Below, one piece after another: positions 44,893 to 54,344 of a stretch of DNA of 64,000 bases. The stretch is from Solirubrobacterales bacterium (GTDB taxonomy: Bacteria; Actinomycetota; Thermoleophilia; Solirubrobacterales; Solirubrobacteraceae). Position 1 is the first letter of the stretch, and the number at the start of each line of letters is the position of its first letter. Where the stretch lies: assembly GCA_040255945.1 (NCBI GenBank), contig JBDZVZ010000004.1, positions 19,290 through 83,289 on the forward strand, read 5' to 3'. The notes under the pieces are model-generated. The model was not told the DNA's origin. It saw only the letters and a list, made by a program, of their open reading frames with translations, and ran no database searches. Position numbers and translations under genes: made by a program.

Positions 44893-46268
44893 CAGGCGCT
44901 GTCGGTCTTCCGGTGCGGCCGCGCCGACCGCGGCAGGTGCAGCACGTCGGCCAGGGCCGGGTCGGGCTCGGTCGGCTCGGCCGGGCCGGTGGCCGGCGCG
45001 CCGCGCTCACCGGTGATCGCCCCGAAGAGGTCGAGCTGCTCGGCGACGACCTCGCCGATGCGGCGAACGCCCTCGCGGATGTCGTCGTCGCCGACCCCGG
45101 AGAAGTTCAGGCGCATCGACGCGCCCCCGCGCCCGTCGAGGTAGGCCCCGCGGCCGGGCACGAACGCGACGTTGCGCTGCAGCGCGCGGACGAGCAGGTC
45201 GGTCGTGTCGACCTGCTCGGGCAGCGTCGCCCACACGAACAGGCCACCCTCCGGCTGCGTCCAGGTCGCCGCTGCCGGGAAGTGCTCGGCCAGCGCCTCG
45301 AGCATGACGTCGCGACGGCCGCGGTAGAGGCCGCGCAGCGACTCGAGGTACGGCTCCCAGCGGCCCTCGGCGAAGTAGGCGGCCACGAAGTGCTGGGTCA
45401 GCGAGGACGAGCACAGGTCGGCGCCCTGCTTGCCGAGGTTCATCTTCGCCAGCACCGGCGCGGGCGCCACCGCCCAGCCGAGGCGCAGGCCGGCCGACAG
45501 GATCTTCGAGAACGTCCCGAGGTAGATGACGTACGGCGCGCCGCCGAGCGAGAGCAGCGTCGGCAGCGGCTCACCCTCGTAGCGCAGCAACCCGTACGGG
45601 TTGTCCTCCAGCACGAGGATCTCGCGCTCGATCGCGACCTCGACGAGCCGCTTGCGCCGCGGCAGGGACATCGTCACGCCGCCCGGGTTCTGGAAGTTCG
45701 GGATCGTGTAGATGAACTTCGGCTTGCGGCCCTCGGCCTCCAGCCGGTCGAGCGTCTCCTCGAGCACGTCGATCGGCATGCCGTCGCCATCCATCTCGAT
45801 CTGCACGACGTCGGCCTGGTAGGAGCAGAACGAGGGGATCGCGCCCGGGTAGGTGGGCGCCTCGGCGACGACGACGTCGCCCGGATCGAGCAGCGTCTTG
45901 CAGACGAGGTCGATGACCTGCTGGCCGCCGGTCGTCACGAGGATGTCCTCGGGGTCGACCTCGGTGCCCTCGGCGGCCATGACGTGACGGATGGCGTGCT
46001 TGGTCAGCGCCAGGCCCTCGGTCGGCCCGTACTGCAGCGCGGCGGCGCACGAGTCGACGGCGACCTTCGCCATGATCGACGCGAAGCTCTCGGCCGGAAA
46101 CGTCGAGGTGTCGGGCAGCCCGCCGGCGAGCGAGATGACCTCCGGGCGCTCGGTGATCGCCATGAGGTCGCGCATCGCCGAGGACTTCATCCCTCGCGTG
46201 CGTGAGGCGAACAGACCGGCGTAGCGCTCGATCTCGTGGGCGGCGGGACGCGGGCTGCGGCGCCTCAT
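44892..46268 (-). CDS. PLP-dependent aminotransferase (class I/II, 2-aminoadipate/ARO8-like)
   Basis: MKSSAMRDLM..PEVISLAGGLPD, YGPTEG, NPGG, and the PLP-Lys region GTFSKILSAGLRLGW. ATG 46268; the ORF track also allows an upstream start at 46313. Confidence 0.85.
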   Translation of the reverse strand: MRRRSPRPAAHEIERYAGLFASRTRGMKSSAMRDLMAITERPEVISLAGGLPDTSTFPAESFASIMAKVAVDSCAAALQYGPTEGLALTKHAIRHVMAAEGTEVDPEDILVTTGGQQVIDLVCKTLLDPGDVVVAEAPTYPGAIPSFCSYQADVVQIEMDGDGMPIDVLEETLDRLEAEGRKPKFIYTIPNFQNPGGVTMSLPRRKRLVEVAIEREILVLEDNPYGLLRYEGEPLPTLLSLGGAPYVIYLGTFSKILSAGLRLGWAVAPAPVLAKMNLGKQGADLCSSSLTQHFVAAYFAEGRWEPYLESLRGLYRGRRDVMLEALAEHFPAAATWTQPEGGLFVWATLPEQVDTTDLLVRALQRNVAFVPGRGAYLDGRGGASMRLNFSGVGDDDIREGVRRIGEVVAEQLDLFGAITGERGAPATGPAEPTEPDPALADVLHLPRSARPHRKTDSA

Positions 46269-46333
46269 GGTGCGGCCTTCGCCGTCGCCTCGTTCAGACC
46301 TTCGGTCTGTCATCGTGCTGAGCCACGGTAGCG

Positions 46334-46921
46334 ATGAAGCTCGTCCTCGACATCCTTCAGGGGCTGGGTCTCGGCGCGGCGACCGGGCTGCGCCCGTTCC
46401 TCCCGGCTCTGCTGGCCGGTGCGCTGGCCAGCACCGATCTCGGCCTCGACTTCGACGGGACGGCGTTCGCGTTCCTGGAGTCGCCGTGGTGGCTGCTGGC
46501 GCTCGCGGCCGGGCTCGTCGCCGCGGTGCTCCTGCGCGGCCGCCTCGACGAGGGCCCGGGCGAGGCCGCCCTGAGCGGCATCGGGATCGGGCTCGGCGCG
46601 CTGCTGTGCGCCGCCTCGATCGACGACCGCCACGACACCTGGTGGTACGGGCTCATCCTGGGCGCCGCGATCGCCTACCTCGCCAGCGTCGTCGCCCGCG
46701 GCCTGTTCGCCCGGGTGCGCCAGCGGTTCGCCGCCAAGGGCGACAGCGAGGCCGCCGCCGCCCTGCCGTTCTACGCCGAGGCCGCCGGGCTCGTCGTCGC
46801 CGGCGCGGCGATCCTCTTCCCGCCGCTGAGCCTCGTCGCGGTCGGCTTCCTGCTCGCGCTGCTCGTCACCGGCCGCCGCCGCTCGCAGTCGAAGTACGCG
46901 GGCCTGCGCATCCTGCGGTAG
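46334..46921 (+). CDS. DUF4126-like integral membrane protein
   Basis: MKLVLDILQGLGLGAATGLRPFLPALLAGAL plus several further hydrophobic segments. The family assignment is from memory. Confidence 0.65.
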   Translation: MKLVLDILQGLGLGAATGLRPFLPALLAGALASTDLGLDFDGTAFAFLESPWWLLALAAGLVAAVLLRGRLDEGPGEAALSGIGIGLGALLCAASIDDRHDTWWYGLILGAAIAYLASVVARGLFARVRQRFAAKGDSEAAAALPFYAEAAGLVVAGAAILFPPLSLVAVGFLLALLVTGRRRSQSKYAGLRILR

Positions 46922-46924
46922 CGC

Positions 46925-48388
46925 GTGCGCCGCGCGCTGCTGGCCGTCATCGACGGCGCCAAGCCCGCGGAGCTCCAGCGCGCCGTCGCCGAGGGCGAGG
47001 CGCCCGTCCTGGCCGCGATGCTCGACCGCGGCACGTTCGTCGACTCGCTCACCGCCGCGTTTCCGTCGGTGACGCCGGTCTGCGCGAGCGCGATCGCCAC
47101 CGGCGTGCTGCAGGACCGCCATCACGTCCCCGGCATGAACTGGTGGTCGAGAGCCGACGGCCGCTACGTCGAGTACGGCTCGTCGTTTCGCGCCGCCCGC
47201 AAGCTCGGGATCGGCCGCCAGCTCACCGACACGGTCTACCGGCTCAACGGCGAGCACCTGGCCCCCGACGCGCCGACGGTCTTCGAGTCACTCGACGACG
47301 CCGGCATCCGCACCGCCGGCACGACCTACCTCATCTACCGCGGCCGCCACGAGCATCCGGTCAACCGCGCCACCGCGCTGACCCGCCTGGCCGGCACGGT
47401 CTTCCGCGACCCGGTGCGCGGCCCGCGTGAGCTCTTCTACGCCGACATCTTCGCCAGCCGCGACACCGGGCACCGCGCCCAGCTGGGGCTGCCCGGCGTG
47501 CGCGACAAGCACAGCGGCGGCGTCTGCGCCTGGCTGGCCCAGCGCGACCTGTACGACTTCGCGCTGCTGTCGCTGCCCGACAACGACACCTACTCGCACC
47601 GCAACGGCCCGGACGCCCAGCACGTGTCGATCGCGGCCGCCGACCGGCAGCTGCAGCGCGTCGCCGAGGCGGTCGGCGGCATCGACGCGCTGCTCGACAC
47701 GCACGCGGTCATCGTCTGCGCCGACCACTCGCATGCCGCCGTCGACCAGCGGATCGCGCTGCGCGACGCCTTCGACGGCTGGGAGGTCGCCGGCCTCGAC
47801 GCCACCCCGCTCGAGCGCGCGGAGGTCGCCCTGTGCCCCAACCAGCGCGCGGCGATGCTCTACGCGCTGGCGGCCGGCGGGCGGGCCGGGGTCATGCCGG
47901 GGCTGCTCCAGACCGTCGGCGAGCTGCCCGGGGTCGACGTCGTCTGCTTCCGCTCCGGTGATCGGGCCGTCGTGCGCTCGCCCGAGCGCGGCGAGCTGCG
48001 GTTCGCTCCGGGATCCGACCTGCGCGACGCCCGCGGCAACGGCTGGACGGTCGAGGGCGACCTCGAGGCGCTGGCGGCTGCCACGAGCGACGGCATGATC
48101 CACAGCGACGAGTACCCCGACGCGCTGCGCCGGGTCTGGGCGGCGCTGACCTGCCCGACCTCCGGTGACGTCCTGCTGTCGGCCGCGCCCGGCTTCGAGT
48201 TTCCCGACTGGGGCGGCGTCGACCACGTCGGCGGCGGCAGCCACGGCTCGCTGCACCACTCGGACTCCGACGGCGCGCTCGTCTTCTCCGGCTGCGAGCC
48301 GCCGCGCCCGGCCGGGCCCGTGCCGGCCTGGTCGATCACCGACGTCGCCCCGATGGTCCGCCGCCACTTCGGCCTCACCGGAGCTTGA
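46925..48388 (+). CDS. alkaline phosphatase superfamily (nucleotide pyrophosphatase/phosphodiesterase-type) protein
   Basis: LLAVIDGAKP....PVLAAMLDRGTF...AAFPSVTPVCASAIATG....HHVPGMNWW, and later CADHSH and GGSHGSL metal-site-like motifs. Confidence 0.72.
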   Translation: MRRALLAVIDGAKPAELQRAVAEGEAPVLAAMLDRGTFVDSLTAAFPSVTPVCASAIATGVLQDRHHVPGMNWWSRADGRYVEYGSSFRAARKLGIGRQLTDTVYRLNGEHLAPDAPTVFESLDDAGIRTAGTTYLIYRGRHEHPVNRATALTRLAGTVFRDPVRGPRELFYADIFASRDTGHRAQLGLPGVRDKHSGGVCAWLAQRDLYDFALLSLPDNDTYSHRNGPDAQHVSIAAADRQLQRVAEAVGGIDALLDTHAVIVCADHSHAAVDQRIALRDAFDGWEVAGLDATPLERAEVALCPNQRAAMLYALAAGGRAGVMPGLLQTVGELPGVDVVCFRSGDRAVVRSPERGELRFAPGSDLRDARGNGWTVEGDLEALAAATSDGMIHSDEYPDALRRVWAALTCPTSGDVLLSAAPGFEFPDWGGVDHVGGGSHGSLHHSDSDGALVFSGCEPPRPAGPVPAWSITDVAPMVRRHFGLTGA

Positions 48389-48424
48389 GCTGAGCCGCAG
48401 CTTCGGGCGGTACCCTCCGACGCC

Positions 48425-48862
48425 GTGTCCGAGGCCCTGCCCTTGAGCCGCCGTGCCCGTGTGCGCCACGGCGTCCGCCAGCCCGCCAACTGGTGGCAGC
48501 TGGCCCGCTTCACCGCGGTCGGCGGGTCGGGCTACGTCGTCAACCTCGTGACGTTCGCGCTCGTCGTCCACGGCCTGGATGCCGACTACCGGCTCGGCGC
48601 CGTCGCCGCGTTCCTCGCCGGGGTGACGAACAACTTCCTGTGGAACCGCCACTGGACGTTCGACGCGCGCGACGGGCATGCCGGACGGCAGGCCGCCCGC
48701 TTCCTCGCGGTCAGCGTCGCCGCCTTCGGCGTCAACCTCGCCGTGCTGGAGCTGCTCGTCGCGACGACGACGCTGCCCGAGATCGGTGCCCAGGCGATCG
48801 CGGTGGCAACGGCCATGCCGTGCAACTTCCTCGGCAACAAGCTCTGGACGTTCAGCGGCTGA
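48425..48862 (+). CDS. GtrA-family membrane protein
   Basis: QLARFTAVGGSGYVVNL...NFLWNRHWTF...MPCNFLGNKLWTF is the GtrA signature. Confidence 0.8.
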   Translation: MSEALPLSRRARVRHGVRQPANWWQLARFTAVGGSGYVVNLVTFALVVHGLDADYRLGAVAAFLAGVTNNFLWNRHWTFDARDGHAGRQAARFLAVSVAAFGVNLAVLELLVATTTLPEIGAQAIAVATAMPCNFLGNKLWTFSG

Positions 48863-50529
48863 TGCGTGCGCTGCCGGCCGCGGCGGCGCTGCTCGTCCTG
48901 GCCGTCCTGGTCGCGCTCCCGGCGGCCGCCTCGGCGACGATCAGCGGCCCGACGACCCCGCTGCGCGGCCCGACCGACCCGAACGCGATCAGCCGGCCCG
49001 AGACGCTGACCGGCTTTCCCGCCGGCCACAAGCTCAACGGGCAGAAGGCGCTGGCGATCGCCAAGCGGGTCGGCAAGGTCCGCGACGCGCTGCGCGAGCA
49101 TCCGACGGCCAAGCCCGAGGTCTTCCTCAAGGGCCAGACCCGCTGGCAGGTGAGCTGGTTCACGCCCGGCCAAGGTGACGCGCGTAAGGAGATCGCGCAG
49201 GTCTACATCAGCGACGCGACCGGGGTCGTGACCGAGGCGTGGACCGGTCCGCAGGTCGCCTGGACGATGGCCCGCGGCTACCCGGGCGCGTTCGGCCGCA
49301 AGGTCAACGCGCCATGGATCTGGATCCCGCTGTCGGTCCTCTTCGTCGCCCCGTTCGTGGCGTGGCGGCGCCCGCTGCGGCTGCTGCACCTCGACCTGCT
49401 CGTGCTCGTCGGCTTCGGCGTGTCGGTGGCGTACTTCAACGACGCCAACCTCGACGCGTCGGTGCCGCTGGTCGTCCCGCTCATGGCCTACCTGTTGGGG
49501 CGCATGGCGTGGATCGGCCTGCGCCGGCGCGACGCCGAGCGCGTGCGCGAGCCGCTGCACCTCAACGTCCCGGTCGCCTGGTTGGCGGTCGCGCTCGTGT
49601 TCCTCGTCGGGTTCCGGATCGGGCTGAACGTCACGAACTCGAACGTCATCGACGTCGGCTACTCGGGGGTCATCGGCGCCGACCGGCTCGTCGACGGCAC
49701 GAAGCTCTACGGCCACTTCCCGGCCGACAACCAGCGCGGCGACACCTACGGCGCGTTCGCCTACGAGGCCTACGTGCCGTTCGAGCAGGCGCTGCCGTGG
49801 AGCGGCCGGTGGGACGACCTGCCCGCCGCCCACGCCGCGGCGATCGCGTTCGACCTGCTGACGCTGCTGCTGCTCTTCCTCGTCGGGCGGCGGATCCGCG
49901 GGCCGGGCACGGGCGTCGTGCTCGCCTACGCATGGGCGGCCTGGCCGTTCTCGCTCTACGCGCTGAGCTGCAACAGCAACGACGCGCTCGTCGCGGCGCT
50001 CAGCGCGCTGACGCTCCTGGTCGCCTCGCGCCCGGTCGCCCGCGGCGCCGCCTCGGCGCTGGCCGGGTTCTCGAAGCTCGGCTCGCTCGGGCTCGTGCCG
50101 CTCATGGCCACCCACGGCGCGGTGCGCGGCACCTGGTGGCGCACGGTCCTGCGCTTCGCGGCGGCGTTCGTCGTGGCGGCCGGCCTCGTGTGGCTGCCGA
50201 TCCTGCTGCGCGGCGAGTCGCCCTCGACGATCTACGACCGCACGCTCGGCTTCCAGGCCTCGCGCGGCGCGCCGTTCTCGATCTGGGGCCTATACGGCTG
50301 GGAGCTCGCCCAGCACGTCTGGCAGGCGGTGGCGGTCGGCTTCGCGGTCCTGGTGGCGTTCGTTCCTCGCCGGCGCGACATCATCGGGCTCGCCGCCCTG
50401 GCCGGCGCCGTGCTCGTCGCGCTCCAGCTGGGCCTGACCTACTGGTTCTATCTCTACCTCGTGTGGTTCTTCCCGTTCGTGGCCGTCGCGCTCTTCGCGC
50501 GCTCGCCGGCGCCCCAGCCGGCCCGCTGA
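48862..50529 (+). CDS. polytopic GT-C-type glycosyltransferase-like protein (DUF2029/GT87-like) with N-terminal PepSY-like module
   Basis: Signal/TM region, then KLNGQKALAIAKRVGKVRDAL....WQVSWFTP....IAQVYISDATGVVTEAWTG (PepSY-like), then about 10 TM segments. The ATG shares a base with the gtrA stop (TGATG). Confidence 0.68.
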   Translation: MRALPAAAALLVLAVLVALPAAASATISGPTTPLRGPTDPNAISRPETLTGFPAGHKLNGQKALAIAKRVGKVRDALREHPTAKPEVFLKGQTRWQVSWFTPGQGDARKEIAQVYISDATGVVTEAWTGPQVAWTMARGYPGAFGRKVNAPWIWIPLSVLFVAPFVAWRRPLRLLHLDLLVLVGFGVSVAYFNDANLDASVPLVVPLMAYLLGRMAWIGLRRRDAERVREPLHLNVPVAWLAVALVFLVGFRIGLNVTNSNVIDVGYSGVIGADRLVDGTKLYGHFPADNQRGDTYGAFAYEAYVPFEQALPWSGRWDDLPAAHAAAIAFDLLTLLLLFLVGRRIRGPGTGVVLAYAWAAWPFSLYALSCNSNDALVAALSALTLLVASRPVARGAASALAGFSKLGSLGLVPLMATHGAVRGTWWRTVLRFAAAFVVAAGLVWLPILLRGESPSTIYDRTLGFQASRGAPFSIWGLYGWELAQHVWQAVAVGFAVLVAFVPRRRDIIGLAALAGAVLVALQLGLTYWFYLYLVWFFPFVAVALFARSPAPQPAR

Positions 50530-51671
50530 TCAGCGCGGCGGCGCTCGTCGTCGTCTGGCTCATCAGCACCCATCACGGACCGTTCAGCGACGTGCGGGTC
50601 AACGACCTGTACGTCTACTCGGTCGCCAAGGACCTGCTGACGGGCGGCCACGTCCCGTACCGCGACTGGCCGTTCGAGTATCCGCCGGTGGCGATCGCGC
50701 CGATCTGGCTGGCCGGGGGGAACGCGACCGCGCTGTCGCTGCTCATGCTCGGCTGCGCGGTCATGGGCCAGGGAGCGGCGTGGGCGCTGGGCGGCGCGAG
50801 CGCGGGCTGGCTCATGGTCGCCCTGCCGCCGGTCGCCGGAGCGCTCGTGCGCACGCACTTCGATCTGCTGCCCGCCGCGCTGGTGCTCGTCGGGCTGCTG
50901 CTCGTCGTCCGCCGGCGGCCCGCCGCCGGGCTGGCCGTGCTCGCCCTGGGGACGATGGCGAAGCTCTGGCCGGCGGCCGTGGCGCTCGTCGCGCTGGCGT
51001 GGCTCGTCGGCAACGGGCGCCGCGACGAGGCGCGCCGCGGGCTCGTCGCCTTCGTGGCGGTCGTCGCCGTCCTCGGCGTCCCGTTCGCGCTCGCCGGCGG
51101 CTTTCCCTCGGCGATGGTGCGCTTCCATCTCGAGCGGCCGATCCAGATCGAGTCGACGCCCGCGAGCGTCCTGGAGCTCGTCGGCGGCTCGCACGTCACC
51201 GGCGCGCCGATTCGACCCGACCGCTTCAAGTCCAACGGCCTGGACGGCGGTGCGGCCGACGCCGTCGCGCTGCTCTGCACCCTGGCGCTGCTGGCGGCGG
51301 TCGCGGCCGTCACCGGGCTGGCGGCGCGGCGGCGCGGCCCGGCGGCGCTCGTGCTGGCCGCGTTCGCGATCACGCTCGCATTCGTCGCCTTCGGCAAGGT
51401 CCTCTCGCCCCAGTACGTCTGCTGGCTGCTGCCGCTGGCCGCCGTGGCCTGGGCCCACGGAGCCCGCGCCGGGGCGGCGCTCACCGCGGCCGCCGCGCTC
51501 GTCACCCAGCTCTGGTTTCCGGCCCGCTACTTCGACGTCGTCTTCCAGCACGACTGGGCGGTGGCGGCGGTCGCCGTCAGGAACGTCCTGCTGCTGACGG
51601 CGCTGGCCGCCACGGCAGCAGCACTGGCTCGATGCTCGCCGCCCGCCGCGGGCGCTCGTCGCAGCCGATGA
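50463..51671 (+). CDS. DUF2029/GT87-like polytopic glycosyltransferase
   Basis: DLYVYSVAKDLLTGGHVPYRDWPFEYPPVA, then many TM segments. The start is uncertain: GTG 50463 overlaps the upstream gene by 67 nt, and CTG 50524 is an alternative. Confidence 0.62.
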   Translation: MVLPVRGRRALRALAGAPAGPLISAAALVVVWLISTHHGPFSDVRVNDLYVYSVAKDLLTGGHVPYRDWPFEYPPVAIAPIWLAGGNATALSLLMLGCAVMGQGAAWALGGASAGWLMVALPPVAGALVRTHFDLLPAALVLVGLLLVVRRRPAAGLAVLALGTMAKLWPAAVALVALAWLVGNGRRDEARRGLVAFVAVVAVLGVPFALAGGFPSAMVRFHLERPIQIESTPASVLELVGGSHVTGAPIRPDRFKSNGLDGGAADAVALLCTLALLAAVAAVTGLAARRRGPAALVLAAFAITLAFVAFGKVLSPQYVCWLLPLAAVAWAHGARAGAALTAAAALVTQLWFPARYFDVVFQHDWAVAAVAVRNVLLLTALAATAAALARCSPPAAGARRSR

Positions 51672-52395
51672 GCACGCCCATGAGCCACGGGTCGTCGTCG
51701 CTGGTCTCGAAGCGCGAGTGCATGTGCGTGCGCAGCGACGCGATCGCCTGCTCCTTCTTGACGCCGATGACCCCGCCGCGCGGCCCGGTCATCCCGACGT
51801 CGGTGATGTAGGCGGTCCCGCCCGGCAGGACGCGCGCGTCGTTGGTCGGCACGTGGGTGTGGGTCCCGACGACCGCGGTGACGCGCCCGTCGAGGTGCCA
51901 GCCCATCGCGACCTTCTCGCTCGTCGCCTCCGCGTGGAAGTCGACGAGGACGTGGTCGACCTTGCCCTCGAGGTCGGCGAGCACGGCGTCGATCTCCAGG
52001 AACGCGACCCGCCCCGCCTGCAGGAACACGTTGCCGCTGAGGTTCACGACGCCCAGCCGCACGCCGTCGCGCTCGACGATCACCGAGCCGCGCCCCGGCT
52101 GGGCGGGCAGGTAGTTCGCCGGCCGGATGATCGGGCGGTCGGAGTCGAGGTAGGGCCCGATCTCGGCGCGTCGGTAGGTGTGGTTGCCGAGCGTGATCGC
52201 GTCGACCCCGTTGGCGAAGAGCTCGTCGGCGAGCTTTGGCGTGATCCCGAGCCCCCCGGCGATGTTCTCGCCGTTGACGACGACGAACGTCGGGTCGTGG
52301 CGCTCGCGCAGCTGCGGCAGCAGCGCCAGCAGCGTCCGGCGGCCCAGGCCACCGACCACGTCACCGACGAACAGGATGGAAGCGGGGCCCGGCAC
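51577..52395 (-). CDS. ymdB: YmdB-family metallophosphoesterase (2',3'-cyclic-nucleotide phosphodiesterase-like)
   Basis: ILFVGDVVGGLGRR, VVVNGENIAGGLGIT, ITLGNHT, DFHAEATSEK, VVGTHTHVPT and YITDVGMTGP are colinear with B. subtilis YmdB. Confidence 0.87.
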   Translation of the reverse strand: MPGPASILFVGDVVGGLGRRTLLALLPQLRERHDPTFVVVNGENIAGGLGITPKLADELFANGVDAITLGNHTYRRAEIGPYLDSDRPIIRPANYLPAQPGRGSVIVERDGVRLGVVNLSGNVFLQAGRVAFLEIDAVLADLEGKVDHVLVDFHAEATSEKVAMGWHLDGRVTAVVGTHTHVPTNDARVLPGGTAYITDVGMTGPRGGVIGVKKEQAIASLRTHMHSRFETSDDDPWLMGVLIGCDERPRRAASIEPVLLPWRPAPSAAGRS

Positions 52396-52421
52396 GCCCC
52401 ATACTCTCGCTGACTGCGCCG

Positions 52422-53615
52422 ATGTCCACGCCGCCGACCATCACCGAGCGCCCCGCCGAGCCGCCCGAGGACGCGCGCGAGCTTCCCTCCGCGCCGGTCG
52501 CGCGCGTGCTCGTCCCGCACTGGATCCAGCTCGTCGCGCTGCCCCTCATGGTCATCGCGCTCTATCTCGTCGCCAAGGCGGCAGGCCCGATCCTGCTCGC
52601 GTTCGCCGCCGCCGGGGTCATCGCGCTCATCCTCAACCCGATCGTCGCGTTCCTGCAGCGCCGCCATCTTCCGCGCGGCCTGGCGATCCTCGTCGTCTAC
52701 CTCGGGTTCTTCGTCTGCGCCGTAGGTGCCGGGCTGCTGCTCGCCAACCCGGTCGCCGACCAGGCCAAGTCGTTCGGCAACGACGTGCCGGGCATCGTCG
52801 ACGAGGCGAACGCGAACCTCGCCGACCTCCAGCACTGGTTCGACCGCAAGGGCATCAACATCGAGGTCAAGCACCAGGGCCAGACCGCGCTGCAGACGCT
52901 GCAGGAGCGCGTCGTCGGCGGGACGAGCGACATCGTGAACTTCGGCGGCGAGATCCTCAAGAGCCTCGTCACCGCGTCGCTCGGCCTGATCCTCGTGCTC
53001 GTCCTGTCGATCTACATGTTGGTCTACGGGGAGCGGATCGGTGCGGGGGTGAGATCGATCATGCCGCCCGGCGACGGCACGCCCGAAGACGACTTCCCCA
53101 CCCGCATCCAGCGGGCCGTCGGCGGCTACCTGCGCGGCCAGGCGCTCTTCAGCCTGGCGATGGGCACCGGCGCGGGCGCCGGGCTGTGGGTGCTCGGCAC
53201 GCTCGGCGTCTTCCCCGACGGCAAGACCTACGCGTTCGCGTTCGGCCTGTGGTTCGGGCTCATGGAGCTCATCCCGTTCATCGGGCCGTTCCTCGGCGCC
53301 CTGCCGCCGCTGCTCGTCGCGCTCTTCCAGGACCCGCTCACCGCCGTCTGGCTGGCGATCTTCTTCACCGCGCTGCAGCAGCTCGAAGGCCATGTCGTCG
53401 CCCCCTACATCTTCGGCCACACGCTGCGCATCAACCCGCTGCTGGTCATCTTCGCGCTGCTGCTCGGCGCCCGCGCCTACGGGTTCCTCGGCGCCCTGCT
53501 CGCGCTGCCGGTCGCGGCGATCGTGCGCGAGACCGTCGTCTACCTGCGCCGCCACCTCGTGCTGGAGCCCTGGCGTCACGACGACGACCCCGTGTCGATA
53601 CCGTCCCGGCGGTGA
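52422..53615 (+). CDS. AI-2E family transporter (PerM/UPF0118)
   Basis: Eight or so TM segments, with ...ELIPFIGPFLGALPPLLVALF... and ...LQQLEGHVVAPYIFGHTLRINPLLVIFALL. Confidence 0.85.
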   Translation: MSTPPTITERPAEPPEDARELPSAPVARVLVPHWIQLVALPLMVIALYLVAKAAGPILLAFAAAGVIALILNPIVAFLQRRHLPRGLAILVVYLGFFVCAVGAGLLLANPVADQAKSFGNDVPGIVDEANANLADLQHWFDRKGINIEVKHQGQTALQTLQERVVGGTSDIVNFGGEILKSLVTASLGLILVLVLSIYMLVYGERIGAGVRSIMPPGDGTPEDDFPTRIQRAVGGYLRGQALFSLAMGTGAGAGLWVLGTLGVFPDGKTYAFAFGLWFGLMELIPFIGPFLGALPPLLVALFQDPLTAVWLAIFFTALQQLEGHVVAPYIFGHTLRINPLLVIFALLLGARAYGFLGALLALPVAAIVRETVVYLRRHLVLEPWRHDDDPVSIPSRR

Positions 53616-54337
53616 CCGCCGCCGCCGCGCCGTCCGCCACGCCCGCGCTGGCCGTCACCGGCGTCACGCGCCGCTTCGGCCAGCGGGTCGCCCTGCGCGA
53701 CGTGAGCTTCACCGTGGACGGCGGGGAGACCGTCGCGGTCATCGGCCCCAACGGCGCGGGCAAGACGACGTTGCTGTCGATCATCGGCGGCGTCCTGGCC
53801 GCCACCGACGGCGACGTGAGCCGCCGGCCCGCCGACGTCGGCTGGGTGCCCCAGCAGCCCGCGGTCTACGGCAAGCTCACCGTCCGGGAGAACCTCGAGC
53901 TCTTCGCCCGCCTGGAGCGCGCGGCCGACCCGCGCGCCGCCGCCGACGCGATGCTCGACCAGACCGGCCTGCGCGACCGGGCCGGCGACGAGCTGTCGAC
54001 GCTGTCGGGCGGCAACCGCCAGCGGGTCAACATCGCGGTCGGCCTGCTCGCCGACCCCGACGTCCTGCTGCTCGACGAGCCCTCCTCGTCGCTGGACCCG
54101 CGCCAGCGCGCGCGGCTGTGGGAGTTCGTCGACGCGCTGGCCGCCCGCGGCACCGCCGTCGTGTTCACGACCCACGACGTCGGCGAGGCCGAGCGCCACG
54201 CCGACCGCCTGCTCGTCCTCGCCGACGGGCAACTGCTCTTCGACGGCACGCCCGCCGAGCTGCTGGCCGCGGCCGGGCAGGGCGCGTCGCACCTCGAGGC
54301 GGCGTTCGTCGCGTTCCTGGCCGAGCGGGGCTTCTGA
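53612..54337 (+). CDS. ABC transporter ATP-binding protein
   Basis: GPNGAGKTTLL (Walker A), LSGGNRQRV (signature), LLLDEPSSSLD (Walker B). The GTG overlaps the upstream stop (GTGA). Confidence 0.9.
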   Translation: MTAAAAPSATPALAVTGVTRRFGQRVALRDVSFTVDGGETVAVIGPNGAGKTTLLSIIGGVLAATDGDVSRRPADVGWVPQQPAVYGKLTVRENLELFARLERAADPRAAADAMLDQTGLRDRAGDELSTLSGGNRQRVNIAVGLLADPDVLLLDEPSSSLDPRQRARLWEFVDALAARGTAVVFTTHDVGEAERHADRLLVLADGQLLFDGTPAELLAAAGQGASHLEAAFVAFLAERGF

Positions 54338-54344
54338 GCCGACC

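Noticed and set aside
50461-50529. A single fused GT-C gene spanning 48862-51671 through a programmed frameshift.
   Set aside because: The two parts each contain their own N-terminal DUF2029-type loop motif. I saw no slippery heptamer at the junction. Two tandem paralogs with overlapping ends is the simpler explanation.
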